The position numbers were made by a program, and so were the translations under genes. A stretch of DNA of 57,300 nt. Origin: Thermoplasmata archaeon. GTDB lineage: Archaea; Thermoplasmatota; Thermoplasmata; Halarchaeoplasmatales; Halarchaeoplasmataceae. Under the pieces are notes generated by a model. That model saw nothing but the letters and a program-made list of their open reading frames with translations. It ran no database searches and was not told the DNA's origin. Position 1 is the stretch's first letter, and the number at the start of each line of letters is the position of its first letter. Below, piece by piece: positions 1 through 10,144 of this stretch. Where the stretch lies: assembly GCA_003551675.1 (NCBI GenBank), contig PUNG01000062.1, positions 1-57,300 of the forward strand. The letters run 5' to 3'.

Positions 1-161
1 CTGATAGCAGAGATGGTCATCTCATCTTCAACATCATCTACTAAAACTATCGTTTCTTCACCATACTCCATGTCTTCCGATACCGATAATCCAGAATATA
101 AAGAGACCATCAATATCAGAACGGAAAAAACGGTCAAAATTGTCTTATTTTTTTCAAACAT
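1..161 (-). CDS. 5' part of a secreted/surface protein with signal peptide (runs off the window edge)
   Basis: Not in the ORF track. ATG at 161 has GGAG upstream and reads MFEKNKTILTVFSVLILMVSLYSGLSVSEDMEYGEETIVLVDDVEDEMTISAI, open to the edge: basic N-region, hydrophobic H-region, then acidic mature region. Confidence 0.7.
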   Translation of the reverse strand, partial: MFEKNKTILTVFSVLILMVSLYSGLSVSEDMEYGEETIVLVDDVEDEMTISAI

Positions 162-356
162 ATTATTATCTCCATATAGGGCCTGTGTTATGAGGTGATC
201 CTGGATCGTTTTATTTAAACCCTGATAATACATGTGTGATTTTTTCTTTATATATGCGGAGATTCAATCTCTCTCGTTCTCTAACCTACCATGATCTTGC
301 AATCATTCTACACGCTAAAACAGTATAGATCTTTAGATTTCCTATCGAGCACTCAC

Positions 357-364
357 TTTAAATA
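357..364 (+). promoter_or_regulatory. Putative archaeal TATA box of the thermosome gene
   Basis: TTTAAATA about 32 nt upstream of ATG 396; GGTGA RBS just before the start. Confidence 0.5.
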
Positions 365-395
365 GTAGTTTGACAATCTATTATCCGGTGATTAA

Positions 396-1994
396 ATGTT
401 CGGCAGAGGTCAACCAATATTTATACTCAGTGAAGGAACCGAAAGGATGAAAGGGAGAGATGCAAGAAAGAATGATATTTCAGCCGCAAAAGCGATAGCG
501 GATACTGTAAGAAGTACTCTAGGGCCAAAGGGCATGGACAAGATGCTCGTGGATAATTTGGGTGACGTAGTCATAACCAACGACGGAGTCACGATATTAA
601 ACGAAATAGATATAGAGCATCCCGCCGCCAAGATGATCATAGAGGTCGCTGAAACGCAGGAAGATGAATGTGGGGATGGAACAACTTCAGCGGTGATACT
701 CGCCGGCGAACTCTTGAGCAAGGCTGAAGGCCTGATAGACAGGAATATCCATCCGGCGATCATATCTAACGGTTACAGACTAGCTTCTTTGAAGGCATAC
801 GAGATAATTGAAGAGTTGAAGATACCTATAGAGATGGACGATATCGTACTTACCAACATCGCCACTGCAGCCATGACTGGAAAAACGGTAGAGCTCGATA
901 AAGAACATCTAGCCGAGATCGCCCTCGAGGCTGTAAAGAAGATAGTGGATGACGAGAAGGAGAGTTACCAGGTCGATATCGATAACATAAAGATCCTAAA
1001 AAAAACAGGAGCTAGCGTTGACGAGTCCCAACTTATCGACGGCATAGTCCTGGAAAAAGAAAGACTACACGAGAAGATGCCTAAAAGGATAGAAAACGCT
1101 AAGATAGCGCTTCTGAACTATGAGTTCGATGTAAAAAAGACGGAGATCGATGCATCCATAGAGATCACCAGCACAGACCAGCTCCAAAAGTTTATCGACC
1201 AGGAAGAAAAGAGCATTATGAAGATGGTGAAAATACTCGAAGAAGTTGGCGCCGATATCTTGATCTGTCAAAAGGACGTTAACGATCTAGCTCAGCACTA
1301 TTTGGCTAAAGCAGGTATAACCGCTCTGAAAGATGTGAGTAAATCGGATATGAAAAAACTCGGGAAAGCCACGGAAGGAAAGGTTGTAAACAATCTGAAG
1401 GAGCTTTCCTATGAAGACTTGGGTCATGCGGACCTTATCCACGAAAGAAAAATTTCAGACAAGAACATGATCTTCATCGAAGGTGCGAGAAACGGTAAGG
1501 CGGTTTCGATACTTATCAGGGGAGGTACGGAACACATAGTCGACGAGATAGAGAGGGTACTAGAAGACGGATTAAAGGTCTTAGCCGTGGCGATAGAGGA
1601 TCTGACCATATTACCAGGAGGAGGTGCAGTCGAGATAGAATTGGCCAATAGATTAAGGGAGGAAGCGGGAAAAATTAGAGGCAGAGAACAAATAGCCTTC
1701 GAAGCCTTCGCCGAAAGTTTTGAGATAGTACCCAGAACCCTTGCTCAAAACTCAGGGCTTGACGGGATAGACGTACTCATGAACTTAAACACGGCTCATC
1801 AAAAAGAAGGGTTGAAAGATCATGGGATCGATATCGATACAGGTACTACCAAGGATATGGTTGAAATGGGCATCATCGAGCCATCAAGAATCAAGATCCA
1901 GGCTATCAAATCCTCCACGGAGGTAACCAACATGATACTGAGGATAGACGACGTTATAGCGGCTAAAGGATCCTCAAAAAAGAATGAAGGGTAA
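396..1994 (+). CDS. ths: Thermosome subunit (group II chaperonin)
   Basis: [31 protein letters not shown] and ILRIDDVI motifs; 532 aa. Confidence 0.97.
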   Translation: MFGRGQPIFILSEGTERMKGRDARKNDISAAKAIADTVRSTLGPKGMDKMLVDNLGDVVITNDGVTILNEIDIEHPAAKMIIEVAETQEDECGDGTTSAVILAGELLSKAEGLIDRNIHPAIISNGYRLASLKAYEIIEELKIPIEMDDIVLTNIATAAMTGKTVELDKEHLAEIALEAVKKIVDDEKESYQVDIDNIKILKKTGASVDESQLIDGIVLEKERLHEKMPKRIENAKIALLNYEFDVKKTEIDASIEITSTDQLQKFIDQEEKSIMKMVKILEEVGADILICQKDVNDLAQHYLAKAGITALKDVSKSDMKKLGKATEGKVVNNLKELSYEDLGHADLIHERKISDKNMIFIEGARNGKAVSILIRGGTEHIVDEIERVLEDGLKVLAVAIEDLTILPGGGAVEIELANRLREEAGKIRGREQIAFEAFAESFEIVPRTLAQNSGLDGIDVLMNLNTAHQKEGLKDHGIDIDTGTTKDMVEMGIIEPSRIKIQAIKSSTEVTNMILRIDDVIAAKGSSKKNEG

Positions 1995-2080
1995 CAAAAC
2001 TAACATCTACTGAGAGCGGATGGCATCTTCGTAAAATTAAAAAAGGTATGAGGGGTTTCTATATCGCCTAAGATGAGATC

Positions 2081-3769
2081 ATGCAGACCGCGATAGCGTT
2101 TTCCGCCGACTTTGCCATCATATTCGTGGCCGCCACTCTTATTGGTTACGTGGCTCATAAGTTAGGCCAGCCTACAATAGTCGCTTACATCTTGACAGGG
2201 GTTATATTGGGGCCGGTGGTTCTCGATATAGTGGTTGAAGAGGGGCTTGTAGAGATGATGTCTCACCTTGGTATCGGGTTCCTTCTTTTCCTTCTAGGAA
2301 TAAAGATGCATTTCGACGAGGTCAAGAAGATATTTCGACCCATCGTCAAGATAGCCGGAAGTCAGATCGTGCTGCAGCAATCTTTGGCATTCCTGGTGGC
2401 CTACATGCTTGGGTTTCCTTTCTGGCAGGCACTGGTCATCGGCTTATGTACAATATTCGGTGCCACCCCGGTGATAGTCAAGGCCCTCACTGATAAGGGA
2501 GAAATAAGAACTTTACCTGGAAGGATCAATGTGGGTGTGTTGATCGGTCAAGATATATACCTCGTTTTAGCACTCGCCCTGTTAGGGATAGGTACCTTGA
2601 CTAGTCCCGTGGAGATAGCCTTCACCGTGGGTAAGATACTGCTTTTGGTCGGTATCATAACCGTAGTCACCTTGGCCGCCTCACGTTACGTATTACCTGA
2701 AGTGTTCAAAAGGGTGGCGTCCCACAAAGAAGTACTGTTCGTCTTCACCATCGCCTGGGCTTTCCTATTCATTTACACTTCGGAAATATTCGATCTTTCT
2801 CTGGAAGTAGGGGCTTTCTTGGCGGGGCTCGCCCTTGCACAGCTGCCCTACAGTGGGGAGCTGGAGGAGAAGATAGAACCATTGACCGATTTTTTCATAT
2901 TGATATTCTTCTCGACCATCGGTCTGAGGTTGGTGGCCGATGAACTGTTTTATTACTGGCAGGAGGCGGTCATCGCCTCGTTGATATTGATCGTTGGAAA
3001 CTTCCTAATAATGTTCTACTTGATCCACAAAGAAAAATTTTCCGTGAAAACATCATTCCTCGGCAGCATAAACATGATCCAGGTGAGCGAATTCTCGTTA
3101 GTGGTGGGTGCACTAGCAGTGGCCCAGGGCTTTATAGAGATCGAAGTCCTCGGTTATCTGAGCCTCATGGCCTTGATGACCATGAGTTCGTCCACATATG
3201 TATTATATAACAATCAGAAGATTTATGAGTGGGCGAAACCGTGGTTAAAAAGGTTTGAATCCGAGGACCGGAGAGATGAAGATGTTACAGAATACCAAAA
3301 TCATGCAGTAGTGCTGGGATATAACCACCTTTCCAAAAAATTAATCCCTGTCATCAAAGAGCATTTTGACGACCTTGTGGTCTTGGATCATGATCCGAAA
3401 AACATAGATAAGCTAAAACAGAGCGAATTTGATCTTGTCTACGGTGATTTCAGATACGATCAGGTTAGAAAAGGACTGAACCTTAAAAATGCCGCCTTCG
3501 TGTTCAGCTTTCTTCCGGACATATCCAGCAATACTATTTTGATGGAGGAGGTATCTGAAGATACCACGGTTTTCGTGGAGTGTGAATCAGAGGAGGATAT
3601 GGTAGAACTGTCCAAGTTAGGTGGCAACGAGCCCTTGTTTACGAAGGTGATCTCATCCCTTCAGTTGTTTGATTGTGTAGAGGGTTTTCTGAAAGATGAG
3701 GATAATTTGAAAGAGATGGCCGGTGAGGATTGTAGAATGTTAAGGGGTGAAACATCCCATGGCCGTTGA
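2081..3769 (+). CDS. Kef-type cation:proton antiporter (CPA2) with C-terminal TrkA-N/RCK domain
   Basis: About 12 TM helices, GAFLAGL, QVSEFSL, C-terminal Rossmann-like region (HAVVLGY...YGD). Confidence 0.88.
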   Translation: MQTAIAFSADFAIIFVAATLIGYVAHKLGQPTIVAYILTGVILGPVVLDIVVEEGLVEMMSHLGIGFLLFLLGIKMHFDEVKKIFRPIVKIAGSQIVLQQSLAFLVAYMLGFPFWQALVIGLCTIFGATPVIVKALTDKGEIRTLPGRINVGVLIGQDIYLVLALALLGIGTLTSPVEIAFTVGKILLLVGIITVVTLAASRYVLPEVFKRVASHKEVLFVFTIAWAFLFIYTSEIFDLSLEVGAFLAGLALAQLPYSGELEEKIEPLTDFFILIFFSTIGLRLVADELFYYWQEAVIASLILIVGNFLIMFYLIHKEKFSVKTSFLGSINMIQVSEFSLVVGALAVAQGFIEIEVLGYLSLMALMTMSSSTYVLYNNQKIYEWAKPWLKRFESEDRRDEDVTEYQNHAVVLGYNHLSKKLIPVIKEHFDDLVVLDHDPKNIDKLKQSEFDLVYGDFRYDQVRKGLNLKNAAFVFSFLPDISSNTILMEEVSEDTTVFVECESEEDMVELSKLGGNEPLFTKVISSLQLFDCVEGFLKDEDNLKEMAGEDCRMLRGETSHGR

Positions 3770-5378
3770 AGCGATCTCCGACCTGGCCGTGGTCTTCATG
3801 ATCATAGGCGGATTCATCCTCATCGCTAACCACTTTTCACTTCCCACCATACCCAGCTACATCCTGGCCGGCGTGATAGCTGGATTCTTCATAGATCAAG
3901 AGAACATATTCGAGATGGCCAGGTGGGGGCTGACCTTCATGATATTCGCTTTCGGAGCATCTATCAACTTTAGAGATATAAAGGAGGTATTGTGGGAGAG
4001 CGAGGTCCTACTGGGCCTGCAGGTATTTGTACTGGGTGTGCTGGGTTTCATGGTCGGGATCATACTCGGATTAGGCTATACAAATTCTCTGTACTTCACA
4101 GTGGCGGTGATACTGAGTTCCACTATAATCGGTTTTAAATTGGCCAGTCCCAAGGGCAAGACCCGATTGGTCCATGGTAGATTATCCGAAGCGATACAGT
4201 TCACGGATGATCTGCTCGCTGTTTTTTTGATACTCATTTTGGGTGCCATCACGGTGGAAGGATTCACGGCGTTCTCCGTCTTTAGGAACTTGTTTTTCGG
4301 CCTAGCACTGCTGTTTATTTCTTTTTTGATCTATAAGTTCGGTTTCAAGTACATCATACGCTTCGCCGATGATTCAGGAGAGTTGATCCTCATGGGTAGC
4401 ATCTCTCTACTTTTCTTGTTTCTTGGGCTTAGCCACTACTTGGGGTTATCCATCTTGATAGGTGCCTTCGCCGCAGGTCTAGCGGTAAGGATCGATTCCC
4501 ACGGTTTGACCGAGGTAACAACGGGTATAGAATCCATCAAATACTTCTTTTCAGCCATATTTTTTGCAATGCTGGGCGGTCTTCTCAACATCACATCAAC
4601 CTACACTGTGGTGATAGCGGCGATCCTGATACTCCTGGTGGCCTTGGTCAAACCCATGATAACTACCCTGATACTATCATGGGAGGGGTATGATGCCCGG
4701 ACCTCGACCCTTACCGGTTTACGCTTTTCTCAGATGAGTGAGTTCACACTGATAATCGCCATGGAGGGGTTTTTGATAGGCATATTGGTGCCGGAACTTT
4801 TCGATGCCATAATCATGGCCTCGGTAGTTACCATGGTCTATTCATCTATGGTCCTGACAAAGGAGGAAGAAGTATTTGATGTATTCAAGGACTTTTTCAA
4901 ACGTTCGTCTATCAAAAAGATCGAGGATAATAGTTCCGTCGGATCGGATATCGAAAACCATGTTATCATACTAGGATATGGAAGACAAGGGACCATATTG
5001 GCTAAAAGATGCCGATCAAGAGGTATAGACCATATAGTCATAGAGAACGACCCCGTCAAGCTCGATTCCTTGGAAAAAAGTGGATCCGACCACGTTTTCG
5101 GAGATGCTATGAACGAATATACTTGGGAAAAGGCCGAGGTGAAAAGGGCTAAGCTAGTGCTCTCCACAGTGGATAATCATCTTGTATCAAAAAGGCTACT
5201 TGAGATGGAGCTAAACTGTCCGGTGGTACCGAAGGCGGTTTCTCCGGAAAGAACTTTAGAGTACGTCGAGATGGGTGCGGCTTACGTCAACAATCCGAAC
5301 ATGTTGGCATTCAGGCATATGAAGGAGAAGGTCCTTTCCGAGCTGACCGGGAAAGAACATGGTCCGGATAAAGTATAA
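3759..5378 (+). CDS. Second Kef-type cation:proton antiporter with TrkA-N domain
   Basis: GAFAAGL, QMSEFTL, HVIILGYGRQG...VFGDA. ATG 3759 follows a GGGGTGA RBS and overlaps the upstream gene end. Confidence 0.88.
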   Translation: MAVEAISDLAVVFMIIGGFILIANHFSLPTIPSYILAGVIAGFFIDQENIFEMARWGLTFMIFAFGASINFRDIKEVLWESEVLLGLQVFVLGVLGFMVGIILGLGYTNSLYFTVAVILSSTIIGFKLASPKGKTRLVHGRLSEAIQFTDDLLAVFLILILGAITVEGFTAFSVFRNLFFGLALLFISFLIYKFGFKYIIRFADDSGELILMGSISLLFLFLGLSHYLGLSILIGAFAAGLAVRIDSHGLTEVTTGIESIKYFFSAIFFAMLGGLLNITSTYTVVIAAILILLVALVKPMITTLILSWEGYDARTSTLTGLRFSQMSEFTLIIAMEGFLIGILVPELFDAIIMASVVTMVYSSMVLTKEEEVFDVFKDFFKRSSIKKIEDNSSVGSDIENHVIILGYGRQGTILAKRCRSRGIDHIVIENDPVKLDSLEKSGSDHVFGDAMNEYTWEKAEVKRAKLVLSTVDNHLVSKRLLEMELNCPVVPKAVSPERTLEYVEMGAAYVNNPNMLAFRHMKEKVLSELTGKEHGPDKV

Positions 5379-5425
5379 ATACTAAAGTTTTCTTTACTTT
5401 TCTAAAGATTATTGGAGAAGATAGG

Positions 5426-6424
5426 ATGGAAAGTAAATATGTACTCGCAGCGGTCGGTGTGCTCGTGGCGGTAGTATTCATTATCGCAGCGTTACTGGGG
5501 CCTCTGAGCGGTACCATCGAGCAAGACGATCAGGAAGATGAGCAAAGTTTTGTTGTAGAAGATGCCACGGGTAACGAGATAAGATTCGATGAACCCCCGG
5601 AACGTATCGTTTCTTTCATGGCTTCGAACACGGAGCTTCTCTTCCACCTTGAAGTAGGAGAGAGGATAGTCGGCGTCGACGATTTTAGCGACTATCCTGA
5701 AGAAGCCGTAGCGATTCAAAACGTAGGCGACTCATTAGAAGTGGACTACGAAAAGATCGTCGACCTTGAACCCGATGTCATGGTCATCACGGAAGCGGTC
5801 ATCCACATGAGGGATGAGATGGAAAACTACGGTATAAAATGCTTTGTGACAGGGGGAAACACGCTGGAAGATGTTTACTCAGATCTGGAACTTCTAGGGG
5901 AGATGTGTGGCGTTCCTGAAAGAGGAGAAGAGAAGGCACAAGAATTGAGGGAAGATATGAACGATATCACAGAAGATACCAAAGACCTGCCTGAATACGA
6001 AAGGGTCGACGTTCTGTACATCTCAGGGATATTCGAAGGGATAAATACCCCGGGAGAAGGTACGTTTCAGAACACCCTTTTTACCAACGCTGGATTCAAC
6101 AACATCGCTTCCGATAAAATCGGTTGGGCCACCATATCTGAGGAGGATATCGTGATGAGAGATCCCGACGTTATCATAGCTCCGTATTACCTTGAAGAAA
6201 GCATTAGTGAATACACTGAGAAAGACTCCTGGCAGGACATCACCGCGGTGGTGGAAGATGAAATCCATTTCGTCGACGGCGACATCATGTCTAGACCGGG
6301 GCCCAGGATAGTGGAAGCCCAGGAAACGTTGGTGGATATAAATGAAGAGGCTGAAACGAACCTATCATTGTCTTGGTCTATCTCTTCAAAAGAACTCGCT
6401 GAAGGAACATGTCTCACCCTCTAA
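5426..6424 (+). CDS. Cobalamin/Fe-siderophore ABC transporter substrate-binding protein (BtuF-like)
   Basis: N-terminal membrane anchor; PERIVS, TELLF, EKIVDLEPD, RPGPRI motifs. Confidence 0.88.
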   Translation: MESKYVLAAVGVLVAVVFIIAALLGPLSGTIEQDDQEDEQSFVVEDATGNEIRFDEPPERIVSFMASNTELLFHLEVGERIVGVDDFSDYPEEAVAIQNVGDSLEVDYEKIVDLEPDVMVITEAVIHMRDEMENYGIKCFVTGGNTLEDVYSDLELLGEMCGVPERGEEKAQELREDMNDITEDTKDLPEYERVDVLYISGIFEGINTPGEGTFQNTLFTNAGFNNIASDKIGWATISEEDIVMRDPDVIIAPYYLEESISEYTEKDSWQDITAVVEDEIHFVDGDIMSRPGPRIVEAQETLVDINEEAETNLSLSWSISSKELAEGTCLTL

Positions 6425-7443
6425 AAAAGCACTTCAAAACTTCACTGCTGGCTTTCGCGCTACTGGGTTTAGCATCCGTAGTGATCTCGCTGTCATTGGG
6501 TTCTGTTGATATACCTTTCAGAAACATAGTCGAGATACTGCTCTCGAGGATACCTTTCGTGGGAGATCTTTTTTCCACACACCCTGGTTCCCCCCCTACT
6601 TGGGACTCGATCATCATGAAGATCCGGTTGCCCAGGGTTTTACTGGGCTTTATCGCAGGAGTTTCTTTATCCGTATCTGGTTCGTCCATGCAGGGCGTGT
6701 TCAAAAATCCCATGGCATCTCCGTTCATACTGGGAGTTTCCGCAGGCGCCGCCTTGGGTGCGGCGATCGGCATATTTTTCGGGTTCCCTTGGTACCTATT
6801 ACCGGTGATGGCTTTCATCTTCGCCATGGGTACGATGCTTACAGTTTTTTTCTTGGGAAGGGTGAGAGGCCGTACCGATATCTCCACTCTACTTCTTGCG
6901 GGCCTTGCCATGAACTTTTTGATGACCGCTTTCACCAGCCTTATAATATTTTACAGCGATCCGGCGGAAAGGATGAGCATAGTGGCCTGGACATGGGGTT
7001 CGCTCAACGGCACCGTCTGGAACCACGTGTGGATCAGCCTGCCGGTGATGCTCTTGGGCTCTACCGTGGTGTATGCGTACGCTAGGGACTTGAACGTGAT
7101 ACAGACCGGTGAAACCTCGGCGAAGCAGCTTGGGATCGAAGTCGAAAAAACCAAGATCGTTCAGCTTATCACTTCGAGTTTTCTCGCCGCCGTGGTGATC
7201 TCTTTCACGGGTATAATCGGTTTTGTCGGCCTTATAATCCCCCACGCATCTAGGCTGCTGGTAGGGCCGGACCACAAGAAACTGATACCCATCTCCGCAC
7301 TTTTAGGAGGCATATTTTTGGTGGCCTGTGACGCCGCATCAAGGATGAGCGGCGAGATCTGGGTCGGCGTAATAACTGGTCTTTTTGGAGCACCTTTCTT
7401 CATCTATCTCCTGATCAGGAACAGAGGTGATACGGGATGGTGA
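6409..7443 (+). CDS. FecCD/BtuC-family ABC permease
   Basis: IRLPRVL, QGVFKNPMASPFILGVSAGA, GIIGFVGLIIPH, GAPFF. Confidence 0.93.
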   Translation: MSHPLKKHFKTSLLAFALLGLASVVISLSLGSVDIPFRNIVEILLSRIPFVGDLFSTHPGSPPTWDSIIMKIRLPRVLLGFIAGVSLSVSGSSMQGVFKNPMASPFILGVSAGAALGAAIGIFFGFPWYLLPVMAFIFAMGTMLTVFFLGRVRGRTDISTLLLAGLAMNFLMTAFTSLIIFYSDPAERMSIVAWTWGSLNGTVWNHVWISLPVMLLGSTVVYAYARDLNVIQTGETSAKQLGIEVEKTKIVQLITSSFLAAVVISFTGIIGFVGLIIPHASRLLVGPDHKKLIPISALLGGIFLVACDAASRMSGEIWVGVITGLFGAPFFIYLLIRNRGDTGW

Positions 7444-8711
7444 TCCTTCAACTTGAAAAGGTGGATACGGGTTACCTTAAAGGTGAGCCGGTGTTGAAAG
7501 ATCTGACCATGGGTATGAATAAAGGTGAGTTCATCGGCGTGGTGGGGCCCAACGGTTCAGGTAAGAGCACGCTGATAAAGTGCATAACCAAGGTCTTGGA
7601 ACCGTGGGAGGGAACCCTGAAACTCAAGGGTAGAGACGTGATGGAACTTTCCAGGAAGGAAATTGCCAAAAACGTCGCTGTGGTCCCTCAAGATACCTAC
7701 ATCAGCTTCCCGTTCAGCGTTGAAGAAGTCGTTCTCATGGGGAGGAGTCCCTACCTTGGAAGGTTTGAAAATTATGATAAAGAAGACGAAAAAATTACAA
7801 AAAGATCGTTAAAAACCACCAAGACCTACGAGTTCCGAGATAGGAAGATAAACGAACTATCCGGTGGAGAGATGCAGAGAGTTATAGTGGCTAGGGCCCT
7901 TGCACAGGATCCGGATATTTTACTACTGGACGAAGCTACGTCACACTTGGACATAGGTCACAAGAAAGAAGTCATGGATACCATCAAAGAAAAAAATGAG
8001 GATGAAGGTCTGAGCGTTCTTTCCGTCCACCACAACCTTAACCTGGCGGCCCGCTACTGCAACAAGATACTACTTTTGGACGACGGTGAGAAACACGCCT
8101 TCGGGAGGCCTGAAGAGGTACTGACGCAGGCAAATCTGCGGGCCGTTTACGGTATAGAGGCCGAAGTCCACAGGCATCCAAAAGACGGAAGCCTTTACAT
8201 CTCCCCCGTGCACAAAAGCATCGGCACAAAAGAGAAAGGTAAGACCGTCCACGTGGTCTGCGGTGGAGGTTCTTCCGACGGTCTTTTCCGAAAACTCATC
8301 GAGAGGGGTTACGAAGCGACCGCAGGTGTACTGAACGTCATGGACTCCGATCACGAGAAGGCGAATTTTTTAGATGTTTTGTGTGTTACCGAAGCGCCTT
8401 TCTCATCCATCAGTAAAGAGGCCTACCAAAAAAATTTGGACCTGATAAGAGGATCTGACGCGGTTGTGGTAACAAACTTCCCTGTGGGGGAAGGTAACGT
8501 CATGAATTTAGATGCAGTGGACAAAGGCGTAGGAGGGGATCAAAAACTGATATTGGTAAAGGGAAAAAGCATAGAGAAACGAGACTATACCAAGGACGAA
8601 AAGGGAGTAGAGTTGTACCATAAACTGCTGCAAAAGAGACACGTTGAAGTGGTACCCTTTCCTGAAAGCGCAGTTGATATCCTTGAAGAGGAGAGGACAA
8701 AAGATAAATAA
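7437..8711 (+). CDS. ABC ATPase (BtuD/FepC-like) with C-terminal extension
   Basis: Walker A GPNGSGKST, signature LSGGE, Walker B LLLDE, H-loop; extra ~165-aa C-terminal domain. Confidence 0.92.
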   Translation: MVILQLEKVDTGYLKGEPVLKDLTMGMNKGEFIGVVGPNGSGKSTLIKCITKVLEPWEGTLKLKGRDVMELSRKEIAKNVAVVPQDTYISFPFSVEEVVLMGRSPYLGRFENYDKEDEKITKRSLKTTKTYEFRDRKINELSGGEMQRVIVARALAQDPDILLLDEATSHLDIGHKKEVMDTIKEKNEDEGLSVLSVHHNLNLAARYCNKILLLDDGEKHAFGRPEEVLTQANLRAVYGIEAEVHRHPKDGSLYISPVHKSIGTKEKGKTVHVVCGGGSSDGLFRKLIERGYEATAGVLNVMDSDHEKANFLDVLCVTEAPFSSISKEAYQKNLDLIRGSDAVVVTNFPVGEGNVMNLDAVDKGVGGDQKLILVKGKSIEKRDYTKDEKGVELYHKLLQKRHVEVVPFPESAVDILEEERTKDK

Positions 8712-8782
8712 CCCCATTTCTTTGAAGCATGTACACACATAATTGTATATGTGTTAATAAAAAATAGAAGAGGTGTAAATTG

Positions 8783-9100
8783 ATGAGCGAAGGCGTAGGT
8801 GTTTCCCCTCCTGTTCAAGAAGGGGAAAAGTACAAGGTAAAAATAGAAGACATAGGGAAGGAAGGAGACGGAGTCGCGAAGGTAGAAAACTTTGTGGTCT
8901 TTGTCCCCGACACGGATGTAGGGGATAAAGTGGAAATAGAGATCACGAGGGTTCTGCGCACTCTCGCTTTTGGCGAGGTCGTGGAGAGAGACGTAGAAGT
9001 CGAAGAAGACGAAGAAGAGGAAGATCTTGAAGTATCGGAGGATGATGAAGATACTCCTGAAGTAGAAGAGATAAGCGTAGATGAAATAGAATTAGAGTAA
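8783..9100 (+). CDS. TRAM-domain RNA-binding protein with acidic tail
   Basis: PPVQEGEKYKVKIEDIGKEGDGVAKVENFVVFVP is the archaeal single-TRAM signature; GAGGTG RBS. Confidence 0.92.
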   Translation: MSEGVGVSPPVQEGEKYKVKIEDIGKEGDGVAKVENFVVFVPDTDVGDKVEIEITRVLRTLAFGEVVERDVEVEEDEEEEDLEVSEDDEDTPEVEEISVDEIELE

Positions 9101-9161
9101 AGTAGAGGCGTTAGACCTCACCATAAAAACCTTTTTTACCTTTCTCTTGTTTTTAAAGATC

Positions 9162-10085
9162 ATGGAATCCTATCTAGGTGTGTTCGGGCACACTGCCTTG
9201 GATATAATTATACGAGTACCGAGGATACCCAAGTTGGACTCATCCATAGGGATAGATGAAAGGATAGTAAGATTCGGAGGTACCGCGGCAAACATATCAA
9301 GGACCGCCGCCGAGATGGGGGTCGAGGTATCTCTCTGTTCCTTCGTGGGTGACGACTTTCCTGAAGATTATCTCCACTCTTTAAAAAGATCCGGCGTTCA
9401 TACCCATGATCTAAAAAAAGTCGACGGGCTCAGAACGCCGAGATGTTGGATCGTAACAGATCGGGATGGAAATGAATTCACCCTGGTTGATCAGGGAGCC
9501 ATGAAAGAAGCCCGTAATTTTAAAGTTGCAAAAAAGACATTGGAGAGATGTGAAGTGGTACATATAGGAACTGGTGTGCCTGGATACTATAAAAAAATTT
9601 ACCACGAGATATCAGAAGAAGATAAATTGATCGCTTTTGATCCTTCTCAAGAACTTGAGTACGTTTACGACCCCGATACTTTTTGTTCTTTTTTGGAGCA
9701 GAGCCACCTATTTTTTTGCAATGAAGTGGAGAAGGAGATCGCCTTAAAATATACTGAGGAAAAATCCGTGGAAAGCATGGTAGAATCTTTTGATCTAGAT
9801 CTCGTGGTAGTTACCCAGGGAGAGCAAGGTAGCACTCTTTTTCTAACTGATGAGAGGATAGACATACCCGCTTATACACCCGCAAAAGTAAAAGAAGCCA
9901 CGGGAGCAGGAGATGCTTTTAGAGGCGGCTTTTACGCAGCACTGTATAAAGGATACTCTTTCGAAGAGTGTTGTAAAATAGGTTCCTCTAGAGCTTCCTT
10001 CGCCGTGGAATGCGCAGGATCACAAAAAAATTTAGTAGGATGGGATGAGGTGATCTCGCGGATGGAAAAAGACATAATATATTAA
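9162..10085 (+). CDS. PfkB/ribokinase-family carbohydrate or nucleoside kinase
   Basis: FGGTAAN, VGDDF, NEVE and C-terminal ATGAGDAFRGG motifs. Confidence 0.9.
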   Translation: MESYLGVFGHTALDIIIRVPRIPKLDSSIGIDERIVRFGGTAANISRTAAEMGVEVSLCSFVGDDFPEDYLHSLKRSGVHTHDLKKVDGLRTPRCWIVTDRDGNEFTLVDQGAMKEARNFKVAKKTLERCEVVHIGTGVPGYYKKIYHEISEEDKLIAFDPSQELEYVYDPDTFCSFLEQSHLFFCNEVEKEIALKYTEEKSVESMVESFDLDLVVVTQGEQGSTLFLTDERIDIPAYTPAKVKEATGAGDAFRGGFYAALYKGYSFEECCKIGSSRASFAVECAGSQKNLVGWDEVISRMEKDIIY

Positions 10086-10144
10086 TACAACTCAAAATAT
10101 TGTTGTATACGCATCTGTGAGAGAGTTTACGATAAAAAGGTGGC

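Noticed and set aside
5379-5425. Cobalamin riboswitch before the Btu-like operon
   Set aside because: The gap is only 47 nt, AT-rich and has no B12 box.
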